A model generated the notes under the pieces. That model had not been told where the DNA came from. It saw only the letters and a program-made list of their open reading frames with translations, and searched no databases. Below, piece by piece: positions 14,563 through 28,277 of a DNA stretch of 64,000 nucleotides (position 1 is its first letter; every line of letters starts with the position of its first letter). Both the position numbers and the translations under genes were made by a program. Source of the DNA: Eledone cirrhosa (lineage: Eukaryota); the NCBI GenBank assembly GCA_964016885.1, contig OZ024743.1:144956001-145020000 (forward strand), in the 5' to 3' direction.

Positions 14563-14764
14563 AATGGTCTCAGATTTAAGCACAAGGACAACAATTTTAT
14601 GGGAGGGGAAAGTCGATTAAATCAACCACAGTGCATTACTGGTACTTTATTTTACCGACCCCGTAAGGATGAAAGATAAAGCTAACATCAGCGTAAAGGG
14701 TCGTAACTTTATTCTGAAAAGCATGGTGTTCGATGATCTTCCGATTCTGCCAATCCACCGCCCT
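14563..14764 (-). mobile_element. SINE family 1, long variant
   Basis: Reverse-complement match, with a 17-bp TSD CATAGTTTCTA(T/C)ATAAT at 14549-14565 and 14765-14781. Confidence 0.85.
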
Positions 14765-15778
14765 CATAGTTTCTACATAATAAAGCCAAATAAAGCTATT
14801 ATTATCTGCAGCGACCACCATTTGTTCTTCGCAGAATTCAAGCCGGTTACTATCAAAGTGACATTTTTTTTTTTTATTTGTGAATGCGAGTTATTGTGTG
14901 CAAGTGTGTGGGTGTATGTATAGATGTACATGCACTCATAATTTCCAAGCTCTTATGTAAATATGGTGTTACATAGCTTAGTGAACCTACAACTACTCAG
15001 TACAATGAAAACCTAAAGCCAGGATACAAGAGTTTTAAGTTTTACATTAGTTTCTTCATAGTTGTTCTCTTTTTCCACAAATTTAGACTAGACATTTACA
15101 TTCGCTGAGCAGATGATCTTTAAAACAGGCTATGATAATTGTTCCATGTCCTATAGAACAGTATGACAATAAAAATAGTTTGTCATGCTGTTTTTTATTG
15201 TAATGCTCCATCAACATTCATTATTTATTCCTTATTTTTAAATGTGTAGATACATTGTGGCTTTAGTTATTTTGGCGTGACCATTACGACAACCTTTCTT
15301 ACGGCTAGCATTATAAATAACTTTGGCAACAATGTTACGTTTCATGATAACGTAATACCTTGCAGACATTTTCGAGCAGCTGCTAATGATGTAGGTGATA
15401 TCATCCACACTAGTATGACATAATCGACATTTTCTATTACGCTTGAGGCATTCTTATCGCTTTTATTGATTACGTATTTTGTCACTATTTCCTACTTTCT
15501 GGATAGTGATGATATATCCTTTTAGGTGGGACAGTATATATTTATCACAGGCTCACAAGAAGCAACCTTTATTGTCAACTAGCTTCAAAATGTTATCAAT
15601 CGTTATTGAAGATACAAAAAATATGCAGGCCATTAATATACATATATATATAAATATTTGTAGGATTATGGTTTGCATGTTTGCTTGAGTTCGTGAATAT
15701 TATGGATTTGGTTTAGATTTCCTTACGTTCTAGTCAAGATCTTACGTACACACACACACTCACACACACATTCTCACG

Positions 15779-15828
<50 letters not shown>

Positions 15829-17425
15829 CACACTAGGTTTGATGCATCAAACCTAGAGTTTATTGGTTTTGAACACGTTGACGAAAACTTTCTTTTAGAG
15901 CGCGAGCCTCATATACTGGTATTCGACTACCAAGACTCTTCCAGGAAATGTTCTACTTAGTACGTTTGCACTACTTATCAGGTGTTTCAGAAATGTCACG
16001 TTTTAGGATAGACGTTTATAAAATAATCACTCCGTAAATACTTTAACCATATCTCATTAGTTTGTTGATATAGTCTTTCATGCTACGATATACAATTTGT
16101 TGGTGCAATGTAAACTCATAGGTGAATAGTCCTACGGCCTTATGATAATAATATCTTACGATCACAAAGATTTTCATTTACCGCTCGTAATTCAAGTTAA
16201 GAGCAATTAATTTCCAATTAATGTATTTCCTCAGCATCTCCCGTAGGTTTTTCACAATCTATGATAAATAATACTTTAGCGCGTGCTTGAGAAATTCATT
16301 ATTCTCTTTGCATTTAATGATAGTACCCAATAGTACATATTTTCGCGTAGTCTATTTATGTTCTTTTAAAGAGAGGTGATCCATTTTAATTGTGTGTTAT
16401 AATTTCGATCGATCTAAGTTACTACTATCTGTTTACAAATGGTAACTGTAACACAATACAATAATGTATAAAGATATGGAACTTGAAGCTTCGTTATATG
16501 TTCTTTAACAGCATGATCAATCTGTAAGTTTACTATTGGTGCAAATTATTATCACTTTTTCCTTTAGTGATTCGTTGATGTAAATAATAAAGTTTTCTTT
16601 AAATCTTGGCGTGAGCCATGTTTTAAGCTGTTTGTATCCTTCAGTTATTTTTATTTCTTCGTTAGTGATTATTGTATGTCCGTGTATTATTGTATGGCAG
16701 TAATTCGATTTCTATATTATTGTTTAAGTTTCGGTTTTTAATAATTTTCTCGAGAGTATAGAATCTACTGAGATGTCGATACTAGTATTCGCTGTATAAT
16801 TTTGATGGTTGATTTTGCTTGGATAAGCAGCCTATAACTTTATCAACAGACATTGTTCGTTGACGCAACTGCTTCGTATTGTAATGAAAGTAGTAGGGAT
16901 AATTTATATCCGAGTAGCTTTTAATCCACTTAATATAACCGATTGAAGGGTATTCCGTCACATTTTGTAAAATACAGATCTTGATTTAGTTTAAAAATCC
17001 ACATGGATTTCTTTTGATAGTCTCACAAGCTTTGATATTTGTTCTCGGTTTTCTGCGTTGGTATGTCGTCTGTCTACGTAGTCCACGTGTTGTTCATCTG
17101 GTCACCGGTTTGACTTCGCTTCTTGAAAACTACTACGATATTCTCCGAACAGGCTCCCCAAAGAAGAAAACCAGTGTTTTATATTACTAGATTCTATTAA
17201 TGACAAATGTTTAGCGGATGTTATTTAATACACGAAAAATGAAGTCTCCTGTGCCAACGTGATTGACTTTGATGTCATATATACACACACACTGTATTTA
17301 AGGTCAATTGACGCAACTTCGAGTGATTAGCGGCCTTTAGACTCACCTGATCAATGAAACAATTGTTAATACTGTAAATAAAACCCTTTTTGTACAGCCG
17401 ACCATGTTATTCTTCACTCTTTCAC

Positions 17426-17480
<55 letters not shown>

Positions 17481-17643
17481 GAATAAATAATAATTAACAC
17501 GGATAAGCAATATAATAGGGTTTTATTCCAAGCATTAACATATGTTTCATCGCTTAGTATGCAATTGATTATGTCTTAAAATCGCTATCGACAATATATA
17601 TATATATATATATATAATTATATATATATATATGTGTGTGTGA

Positions 17644-17690
<47 letters not shown>

Positions 17691-17716
17691 TGTGTGTGTG
17701 AGTGAGCTACAAGAGT

Positions 17717-19310
17717 GGCATATATAGATACTTATTCAGTCAGCCATATTGTGATTGAGTACTTCTGGGGAGATTCTTGATAGTAAAAAAAAGAGTTCTA
17801 AGGGGTAAATAAACCTGATAATTCCAATTAGTTAAATAAATAGATTAAGGTAAACCTTATATATGTAAGGGAGATATTTCTAACAAGAAAATGGGTGGGT
17901 AGCTGTGTTCAGTGAGAGACTAAGAGTTAATTCGAAAATTTGAAAATATTAGACTATTTCCACAGAAGGAATTTCGCTTTGTGGGGGCATCGATTGAAAA
18001 CATCCAGTCGCATATTACGACGTTGCTTTTTTTTTTTTAGAAGAGAGTTGTGAGAGTACATTCTACTTCTTAGTGCTGCATAACTGACAAAATTTCGCTC
18101 CATTGATGTAGGGGTGGAGTTTTCCAGTATCCTTCACTTTATGGAGAACGCTGTGTCATTTTCGTTGAGGTTCTCCTCGTGGTTTGAAAGCTGAGTGGTA
18201 TGTCTCTTGTCAGGATGTCTGAAGGTCGTTTCCTGGTTCAGATAATTTCTTTTGAAAAGGCCCTCTGACATATCTACATAAGTCAAAACTTCTGTTAGTT
18301 GGTTCTGGTTTGTGGAGGTCAATTCTGCTGGAGTGTTGCACTGCTGGTGCATACCTCTGGCCTTCTGCATGAGAAGATGGAAGGCTCTTGACTTGGATTT
18401 CATGTTTTTATTACATGAGTAACCCATTTTCACTATGTAGCGGTTAAAAATCTGCAGGAATTTTCTACCTATTTTAGTCTTAAACGTTCAGTGCAAAATG
18501 TTGCGTGAACCACATGACAGCTTTATGGCTATATTTTTTCTTGCTAGATATAGGGCAGTGATCTGGAGAGTAGGGGGTTTTCTCGGAGAAGCTGCTGCTG
18601 CTGCTGCTGCTGCTTAGGGATAAGATTTAGTAGGGAGCTGCCATGTCTGTCAAAGATAACTTTAGTAGAAGAGAGGTTGGATACCCTTTTGCTGGTATTA
18701 TTGATGAGAATTTTGAAGACTATAGGTGGATGACTAGAATCCTTGTGAATCTATCTAGGTTTTTCATTGGGATTGTGAAAGTGTCTGTATGTATGTGTTC
18801 ATAGTCAAAGTTAATGTCTAGGAAATTAACAATGATGAGGTTGTTAGAGATCGTAACTTTTAGTTCTAAGTTGCTAAAGATAGTTATCAGATTCTTTCTG
18901 AATGTGTCGAGGTCAAGGTCACTTTTATGGCTCGATAATGCCAGACCATCGTCACGGTATAGACCCGTATGAAAGTCAGGGAATTTCTTACGCAGTGTGT
19001 CCAAGATAAAAAAAAAAGCCCACCAAATCGTATACATCAGCACTGTTAAACGATCCCATCGGTACATCGAATACATCATTGTTAATGGAGTTCTGTACCC
19101 AAGGATACTCATTATTAAAGAGACCTCCTTTACATATATAAGATTTGCTTTAATTTATTTATTTAACTAATTGGAATTTTCAGGATTCCATGATCTTAGA
19201 AATCTTCTGTACTATCAAGAATCTCCCCGGAAGTACTCCATGACGATATGGCAGAAAGAATGAGTTGGGATAATAACCCAACGAAACTTAAGTGTCTACA
19301 TATGTCATTG
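17717..19310 (-). mobile_element. Decayed Penelope-like element with inverted pseudo-LTRs
   Basis: Remnant peptides GLYRDDGLA, VNFLDINF and YVDMSEGLFKR..N.ETTFRH...TQLS. Segment 17717-17883 is the inverted copy of about 19115-19310, which holds a decayed hammerhead (GTTGGG/CCCAAC-GAAA-cttaag). Confidence 0.8.
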
Positions 19311-19384
19311 TAGAAACTGATTATACATAACGCATCTCATGGACTGAGAATTCTAAACACATGCATATTTATACCAAGTTTGTA

Positions 19385-19427
<43 letters not shown>

Positions 19428-20184
19428 ACCAGTCACATACGCTCCTCCCCTACAGATACAAATCTCAAATCTGCATAATAATAATAATATAAATATTCTA
19501 AGATTACTTTATACTAATGCATTCGGTTACTATTTGTCCTTGTTTTCTGTTATTTTCTTTATATTTCATATTTATCTCTACGTTTCAGAAGTTTCCACTT
19601 TGTTAGAAAATGATGCTTTAAATAAAATGGAATATTCACCCGCCTCCTCAAGCAATATTATTATTCTGCTCATCATATTTCATTAGAAGATGCTGAACCT
19701 ACAACAAAATATATTTGTTTCTGTTTTACACCGCACTCTTTTCGCCGTTCTCTGTACAAACATGTGTATATATATATATATGTGTATATATATATATATG
19801 AATGTATGTGTGCGTGTATGGGCATGTATTAATGTGTTTGTGTAGGTATTGTGTGGCTGCATATAATAAAAAATATTTAATAAAATTGTAAACAGTTTTA
19901 TTAAATTATGTGCATCAGGAAAGTAAACCTAATTGAACATTTAAAAGCAAACTTGAGAGTTCCTATATGTAATAGTTACCATTATATCCAGAAAATAAGG
20001 TATATCTGAAAATAGAAAATTGTTCATATTCAGGTAATATATATATAATTGAAATTTCGGAAGATGGTATGTTTAAAAAAATAGCAATTGGATGGCCTAT
20101 TCTGCATCATAAAAGTATTATTTATACGTCCAACTCTCTCTCTATCTCTCTATCTCTCACACACATTCTACCTCTCTCTCTCTC

Positions 20185-20304
<120 letters not shown>

Positions 20305-20571
20305 GAGTGGGCGTATATATATATATAACCCCAAGGGTGGTTAACTCTAGAAGAAAGAGAACTCGATACATATGTAGTTTAATATCTTTTTATTAAGTAC
20401 ATTATGGGTAGAATTCTCACGGTGACTGACCAGTTTTTTCCTGTTTAGCCATAAATCAGTTATATATACAAATAAAACATATATATTAGAAGCTCTGATA
20501 CGAAACTGGTATATCACTCTGAGTTATTACAGTCATATTTCTCGATAATGTGTGTGTGTGTGGGGGGGGGG

Positions 20572-20610
<39 letters not shown>

Positions 20611-21083
20611 TGGCTTAGTTAGGGGTGAAAGGGGCGAGATTACGTAGGCAAAAGAGAATGAAACACTGTTTGAATGTTTGCAACAGAATGGGCTTTGCTA
20701 AGAGTAGCTAAGGGTTTGGGGTCTGGTTGCATGACTAGCTCTTATATGAACGTCTGAATAGCAAAAAGAGGTTTTGACATCAAGGGAGATTCTAATTAAT
20801 CTTTTCAGCAGATAATTATTCTCTATATGTGTATGAAGCCTTCAACGTGTACTGAGTTCCTTCTTTTATCATGTTCACTATATTCACTGATACATTGATC
20901 AACAGCAACCCTAATACTTATCGTTCATAATTGAAATAGGTGACTGTGTTTATATTAGATCTGTGGACGACTAACACTTTCTGTATAAAACGTAAGATTG
21001 CAACGAGTATCATGGTCCAACTATGTGGCTAGATTGATGATATGTTACACACACACATACACTTACACTCACATATACAGAGA

Positions 21084-21143
<60 letters not shown>

Positions 21144-21394
21144 TGATGAGAGAGAGGGTGGGGGCTAAAGATATGTGTGTACAAACGAAAGAAACAACAA
21201 TCAATACATAATGTGGAAGTTAAGTATTTGTATAAGAACTTGACAAAAAGAGGTCTAAATTATCATTTTTGAGAAATCCTTTTCAAACTGTATATATATG
21301 TGTGTGCGTGTGTGTGTGTGTAAGTTTATGTATATATATGTATATACATATATATATATATATATGCATATATATATATATATGTATATGTATA

Positions 21395-21433
<39 letters not shown>

Positions 21434-21775
21434 AAAAAAAGATGAAATCGAAAATGCAACTGGAGTTTTTTTAAATATATATAAATATATATAGTATTAA
21501 TAATAAATTTGAAGACTAAAATCTAAAGAGGGCTCGATAAGGATAAATATATATCAAATATATAAGAACCGTAGAGCAAATATTTATTAAAATAACAGAT
21601 TAAAGTTTAAGCCAAGAATCTTTAAGCAGCGATTCTTTGCTTAAACTTTAATCTGTTATTTTAATATATATATATATATGTATATATATAAACAATGATT
21701 TATTTATTTGAAGTTTTTATTCAATATTTACATAGAACTTATGTAGATATGTCACTATCTGTAAACCAATTTTTG

Positions 21776-21836
21776 TATTTTATCTGACGATAGCGTACCA
21801 AAATGCTGGTACTCTTGAAATATATATAATAAAATA
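21776..21836 (+). ncRNA. Minimal type I hammerhead ribozyme motif, paralog of 7908-7967
   Basis: TATTTTAT-CTGACGA-tagcGTACCAaaatgcTGGTACtctt-GAAA-tatata-TA^ATAAAATA, with a perfect 8-bp stem I. Confidence 0.75.
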
Positions 21837-21877
21837 AATATGGGTTTATAAAGATAGTTTCCATTTATCAATATTAT

Positions 21878-21924
<47 letters not shown>

Positions 21925-21965
21925 AGAAAACGAAAAATCAGTGATGCATCTGGACTTAGTTTATT

Positions 21966-22058
21966 CCGTGTTACAAATGTTTCGCCGGCATGTAGCTCGA
22001 GTCATGATCCTTGTATGGATCTGGCTGATTCTACTTCTGCGGGTTCTTTCAGACACGG
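21966..22058 (-). ncRNA. Hammerhead motif with extended stem II
   Basis: CCGTGT-CTGAAAGA-[about 60 nt including GTAG/CTAC and GATCC/GGATC]-GAAA-catttg-TA^ACACGG, followed by AATAAA. The core has one extra base. Confidence 0.6.
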
Positions 22059-22139
22059 CTGTTATGTCCGGAGCAAATTTTATCACTGGGGTGTTGTCAT
22101 CAAAACAACCCCTCAAAAAACCTTCTTTCCATATATATA

Positions 22140-22228
<89 letters not shown>

Positions 22229-22312
22229 ATGAATATATATATATATATATATGTGTGTGTGCATGTGTGTGTGTGTGCGTGTGTGAGTGAGTGTATGTGT
22301 GTGTGTACATAG

Positions 22313-22348
<36 letters not shown>

Positions 22349-23579
22349 TTAAATGTTAGCGTGCGGTTTAGTTGATATAATGATGACAAGTGTAACAACG
22401 GAGCAGACCATATAATGATTGCAATGGTGATGGAATAGGTTATGCATTAACTATAAGACTATACAATGTATGTGTATATTGATGACAATTCGTTTGTGGC
22501 AATGAAGATGGAATTACATTTATGCTTACAGTGACTGATGATACTATTTGCTATTAATGGCGGTGGTTTTACCATATAGCGATAATACTAGGTTTTTGTT
22601 TTTTACTTTTAATGCCGATACTATACTCAGGATTTTAACTGTGTATTGATAGTGTACACTAGTATGAATAATATTTAACTTGTTCAACTAGGAAAAAGAT
22701 TGAAATATCTGTGATTGCCAACTAACAAATAACTAAATCTTGATTGAAAACTTGCTACTTTTAGAAGTTCTAGATTAGTCAGTAATTTTGAGTAGATTCT
22801 CTCGCTGATTGGTTGTTATTAAACTTCTTTGGCGAAGTATAAATCTTATTACATCTCCGTCTTATTAGAACTACCCAATGAAACATAGTCTTTATCAGTA
22901 GTACAAGACAAATATGACTTGAAAAATATATAGATTTTTTATGTGAACAAACACTACCACACCATTATTTCCTCTTGTCCTCTTCCCCTCCATACACTTT
23001 GATCCATTACTTTACTATATTTTGGCATACTTCAACTTTCCTCTATATAGAGTAGACATTTCTATATAAAAGTTTCCTTTATATATCAGAGCAACTTTTA
23101 TCCAAAGACTCTATATTAGCTTTAGATAACACAATCTGTTATTTCGAGTAAAAGGAGACAAAATATAATAAGGAGTAGTTAATTTTTTTTATCTGCAATC
23201 AAAACTTTTGCTTCACACACTGACATATTCCCATTCTCTTGATTATATGAACTTTTATATTTTCATTGCCGAGAATTGCAAATGTCGATAGATTATTGAT
23301 TTACAACCAAATAAACGAACGTTTAGAGTCTTTTGCTGCCGTAGTTCAAAAGTTCATTCGATAACAATATATGTCATTCCAGTACAAATTTTATGAGCAA
23401 TGCTTGAAAACAGCTGTTAAGACACTAGCTGCACTAACTGAAGGCGAAATCTTCAAATGCTCAATATTTTCCATAATTTTGCTATAGCTATTAGGGATGT
23501 ATATAATATAATCATCAGGGATTGGGGGGGTTAACACATGTTGCAGATTTGAGAGTTTTAAAAGTATTTTTCGTGTGTA

Positions 23580-23810
23580 GAGGAAGGGGAGTCATGCTAG
23601 CCTATTTCTTTGATATGTTTAGTGAAATGGTTGAGGGTGGTGGTGCGAGTCTGACCTGAGATTTCTAGGTTTCATGAGAATTACGCAGAAGGTTACGGAC
23701 GAATAATGGGTAACATCATCTATATAAGATGTTTGATTAAATACACCAGATTTGATAGAATGTAAAACGTACGGAGTCCCATTGGCACATCTGCAAATGA
23801 TATGACTGGA
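23580..23810 (-). pseudogene. Possible decayed PLE reverse-transcriptase fragment
   Basis: Broken motifs resembling PMG, YIDDV and LPFL occur in the expected order, across frames. Confidence 0.3.
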
Positions 23811-24344
23811 ATCTTTCGAGGATAAATCGAAGTCTATATGTTGATATTTTGCTTTAGTTTCATTCTCTATGAGTACATCTCACCTAGTCTTAATATACGA
23901 TAACTAAATATTAATTTGTAAGCGCACGTTGACATGGTTTGGAGGGGGTGGCGGTGGTGCTGGCGGAAAAGATAAAGTCAATTAAAAAGTTCACAATATT
24001 TAACTGGCACTTTGTTTTATCGATATCAAAAAGATTTGAGGCATGGTTGACTAATTGCTTTATCGATTCTTTCAAACCACCTTCCCATAGAACTGCTAAT
24101 ATTTAGGGCAGAATCGATAGAGTGTCATACAAAATACCCTTAGTATTTTGATTACAAATACTACCGAAGCCGATATCCTTCCAGCGTTAGGTTGATATAC
24201 CCGACAGTCATCTCTTCCCAAAGAAACCAATAAAGTTGATCACCCTTGATAGATACCTTTGATCACCGAATGGACAATCAATTGACTCCACTTATCCGCG
24301 CTAGTGAAGACTAATAGCAATTTGGGGGAAAGGAAAGAGTCCCT

Positions 24345-24815
24345 TATATCGACCTTGGTTCATAACGCAGAAGGATGAACGGTAACGTTGACCTTGGCGG
24401 AATTTGACCCAAAAGTAGAAAGTTGTAATTAAATATCGCAAAGAATTTTGTCCGACGTTCTACCGATGCTACCAATAAACCACCCCGAATATATAGGCAC
24501 AGGGCCAGCAATTTTGAGGGAGGGGAAAGTCGATTAAATCGACCCCAGTGCGTGACTGGTACTTTATTTCTTTATTTTATCGACCCCGTAAGGATGAAAG
24601 GCAAAGCTAATCTAGGTGGGATTTAAACTCAGAACGTAAGGGGCCATGACTCTATGTCATAAAACATGGTGTCCAACGCTCTACCGATACTGTCAATCCC
24701 CTACCCTAATAATTGTTTCTACTTTAAGCACAAGGCCAGCAATTTGAAGGGGAGTGGAAAGACGATGAACTTGACTTTATTTTGTCGACCCCGTAAGGAT
24801 GAAAGGCAAAGCTAG
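24345..24815 (-). mobile_element. Cluster of three SINE family 1 copies or fragments
   Basis: Repeated TCGACCCCGTAAGGATGAAAGGCAAAG-type cores on the minus strand. Confidence 0.8.
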
Positions 24816-25476
24816 CGATAATTTGGTTTCCTAATTTCAGAACTACTTCACGTCAAATGTTTATTCTGCTTCTTTTCCTTGAACTATTGGCACTTAATAA
24901 CGTATTTTTATTTCATCTATAATCTGACTTTTTTTATTAATGTCTCGATACTTTATAATCTTTAACTGATGAAATAAGCGAATCCTTATATATACGATTA
25001 TTTTCAAGCCTTTCCGTTCTATTCTCTAAACACAGACTTTGTGATGGCTCTAATTAATTCTAAATTTCCCGTTGAATGAAAAATATCGCGTCTTTAGATT
25101 CATTCAGATATACATTGTGAAGCACATGTGTATCTGTTATCCAGCCCCAATACACAAACGAATGTATATATATATGAATGTATGTATGTAATATGTTAAG
25201 GGGGTAGTGGAGTGAGAGACCCCTAGTCTTTGTTAAGACATCTCTCTAGAAGTTCACTCTGATGTAAAACCTGCATCCAATGATCTAGACCAGTTCAATT
25301 TTTTTAGGGTAAATGCATTCAATGTTCAGAGAATTAGATTGGCTCCGTGCAAAGCCTTAAAAAACTTCAAGCACAGGCATCGCTTGATATCTGATATTTT
25401 AAGTATCAAGCGATAGCATTACTCGAAATCGAGTTGCAGCCATGTATGTATGTATGTATGTATGTATGTATGTATG

Positions 25477-25507
<31 letters not shown>

Positions 25508-26516
25508 CTACTGAGCCGCAGGTTTTATATTGGAGTTATCCCAGTTTCCTGAGTTGTCTTCTCCTAGAAGAATGCCCTGACAAAGGCTAGGGGTTCTTAA
25601 CTCCCAGTGGTTTAACCGCGCGATCGGGTGTCCAGCCCGACTATTTCTATGTCCCCGCGCATATACATACACATGCACCCATGTATATACACATATACAT
25701 ATACATACATATGTACATGTGTATATACATATTTACACACTTTTGGATGGCAATTGACTCTTATGAGTTCTTCTGCCCTTTGTTACCGATGATGTTGATA
25801 TTTTCTTCTTTTCGGGTTAGAGCTACTGTCGCTCAGAGAGTGGGATTGGCTCAGTGCACAGTCTTTCCTCATTTTAAAAAACATCTTCATGCACAGGCAT
25901 TGCACGATAGAATTAATTAATAATTATTAATAATGGTATATCGTGCAATGGCCATACTCGATAACGAAGAGGCAGCCATCATCATGTATGTATGTATGTA
26001 TGTATGTATGTATGTATGTATGTATGTATGTATGTATGTATGTATGTATGTATGTATGTATGCATGTATGTATGTATCGAATGCATGTTAACCTCGGTAA
26101 CGGTGTAATCCGGCATACGGCAAGTGCGTGTTCCATTTTCAGAAGCAATGCTTTTCATTGTTTTTTTTCTCTAGGAGTTTATATGCCCAACGAATATGTT
26201 TCATAGTCTAAAACATGTATTGAAGCAGTTAACTTTAAACTAACATACACTGGAAATCATAATTCGCTCAATATTCCTTTAAAATATACTTTTTTCGTGT
26301 GCAACATTTATTGTAACATTTATTGTAAAGCTACACTTTCCTTCATTGATTAACTATTAGCGCGACAACTATCTTTCTCAAGCTCTCTCCCTTTCTTTGA
26401 TGAAAATCTATTTATCCCCACCCCACTTCCGGAATTCCCATCTGCATAACTTGCCTGCACCATGCCCTGTACTGTTTTCAGTCGTAAGACTTGTTATTAT
26501 TATTTGTTTACGTACT

Positions 26517-26885
26517 AGGGCGGTGGATTGGCATTAGGGCGGTGGATTGGCAGTATCAGTAGAGGGTCGGAGGCTATGCTTTGCAGCGTACAGTAACTGC
26601 CCTTTACGATCTGTGTTCAAATCCCGCCGAGGTTAACTTTGTCTTTCAACCTTATGGGGTCGATAAAATAAAGTACCAGTCACGCACTGGGGTCGATTTA
26701 ATCGACTTTCCCCTCTCCCAAAATTGCTGGCTTGGTGCCTATATAAGAAACCATTGTCCCTTTACGATCTGAGTTCAAATCCCGCCGAGGTTGACTTTGC
26801 CTTTCATCCTTACGGGGTCGATAAAATAAAGTACCAGTAATGCACTGGGTATTTGCTGGCCTTGTGCCAAAAAGTAGAAACCATT
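26517..26885 (+). mobile_element. SINE family 1 dimer (long copy followed by a 5'-truncated short copy)
   Basis: Two cores in tandem with one 18-bp TSD ATTATTTGTTTACGTACT at 26499-26516 and 26883-26900. Confidence 0.88.
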
Positions 26886-27292
26886 ATTTGTTTACGTACT
26901 CACTTTGCCGTGCTAACCATAAGACAATCCTTTATTTTCCTGTCTCATTGTTGTTGTGTTGTCTCATATGCATCTTTCTGCTGGTTTGTTCATTACGGAT
27001 TACACATGCAGCCTGATGAGAGTAAATGGCATATTTTGCGAGAGAACACGAAAAGGGTAATACAACAGCACACAGACAAGAAAGAGAGATACAGAGAAAA
27101 TAAAACGATTTGAATATGTTGAAAATATCAACATCTGCTCCAAACATTAATTGTTACACATTCCAAAATTCAGATAATACAATTGATATATAATAAATCT
27201 CTGAGCAACAATCCGTTCCATTTGTGTTTTGGTAATAGGCAGGTGTTAGTTACTACTACCTATTCTCTATTCAATCCTGAGCATATATATAA

Positions 27293-27382
<90 letters not shown>

Positions 27383-27383
27383 A

Positions 27384-27452
<69 letters not shown>

Positions 27453-27478
27453 GTATATATGTGTGTGTGTGTATTTGA

Positions 27479-27565
<87 letters not shown>

Positions 27566-27566
<1 letters not shown>

Positions 27567-27890
27567 TGTTATACTTTGGGAAGGTCATGTTACCAATGAA
27601 AACACACGCACCTGTTAGATTTCACTTCAATTTGTTATAAATTTCCGGTTTGCTGGTTGGTTCGATAACCGGAAGGTTGTTTATTTATTGTCAAAGCTCT
27701 TTCGTCACACATTTTATGACCTCCTCAGTAACAAAGTTTTTATTTTGTGTGTCTCTCCTTTGTTCTCTCCTACACCAGCTTGTTTTTGTGTGTTGTGTGT
27801 TGTGTGTTGTGTGCTTAGTTTGCGCATACCTTACATCCGGGTGTGTGTGCTTTTATTTATTTATTTGTCACTAATTGGTTGTTTGTTCTA
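27566..27890 (-). mobile_element. Solo pseudo-LTR of the same Naiad-type PLE family
   Basis: The reverse complement aligns with 35690-36095 (CACCCGGATGT, GCGCAAACT, hammerhead, CATGACC..CCAAAGTATAACAA). Embedded in (TG)n/(TA)n. Confidence 0.8.
27688..27734 (-). ncRNA. Minimal hammerhead ribozyme, paralog of 35891-35935
   Basis: TTGTTA-CTGAGGA-gGTCATaaaatGTGTGAC-GAAA-gagc-TT^TGACAA. Confidence 0.7.
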
Positions 27891-27928
<38 letters not shown>

Positions 27929-27977
27929 TGTGTGCCTGTGTGTGTGTGTGTGTGTGTGTCTGTGTGCCTGTGTGTGA

Positions 27978-28014
<37 letters not shown>

Positions 28015-28098
28015 AGTACGGGTTGAGTGAGTGTCAATTACTAATCATTGATGAACAATCTTCAGACAGCGTTGCTAATTATTATGGCTGAGTGGTGA

Positions 28099-28151
28099 GC
28101 CCTGCTATTCTGGAGTTTCACCTGCGCACTCACAGGTTCATCAGACAAAAC
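28099..28151 (-). ncRNA. Minimal type I hammerhead motif
   Basis: GTTTTGT-CTGATGA-ACCTGtgagtgcgCAGGT-GAAA-ctccagaa-TA^GCAGGGC. Stem I is held partly by G-U pairs. Confidence 0.7.
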
Positions 28152-28245
28152 TCTACTTCGGTATTGATTATTCATTGTCACGTCCATCAATAACATACAC
28201 CCCCTCCCACAAACGCACACACACACACACACACACACACAAACG

Positions 28246-28277
<32 letters not shown>

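Noticed and set aside
20421-20520. GAAACTGGT half-hammerheads on both strands; similar 3' halves near 17353, 17540(-), 19580(-) and 55203(-)
   Set aside because: No intact CTGANGA core with a closing stem I, so they were not called as ribozymes.
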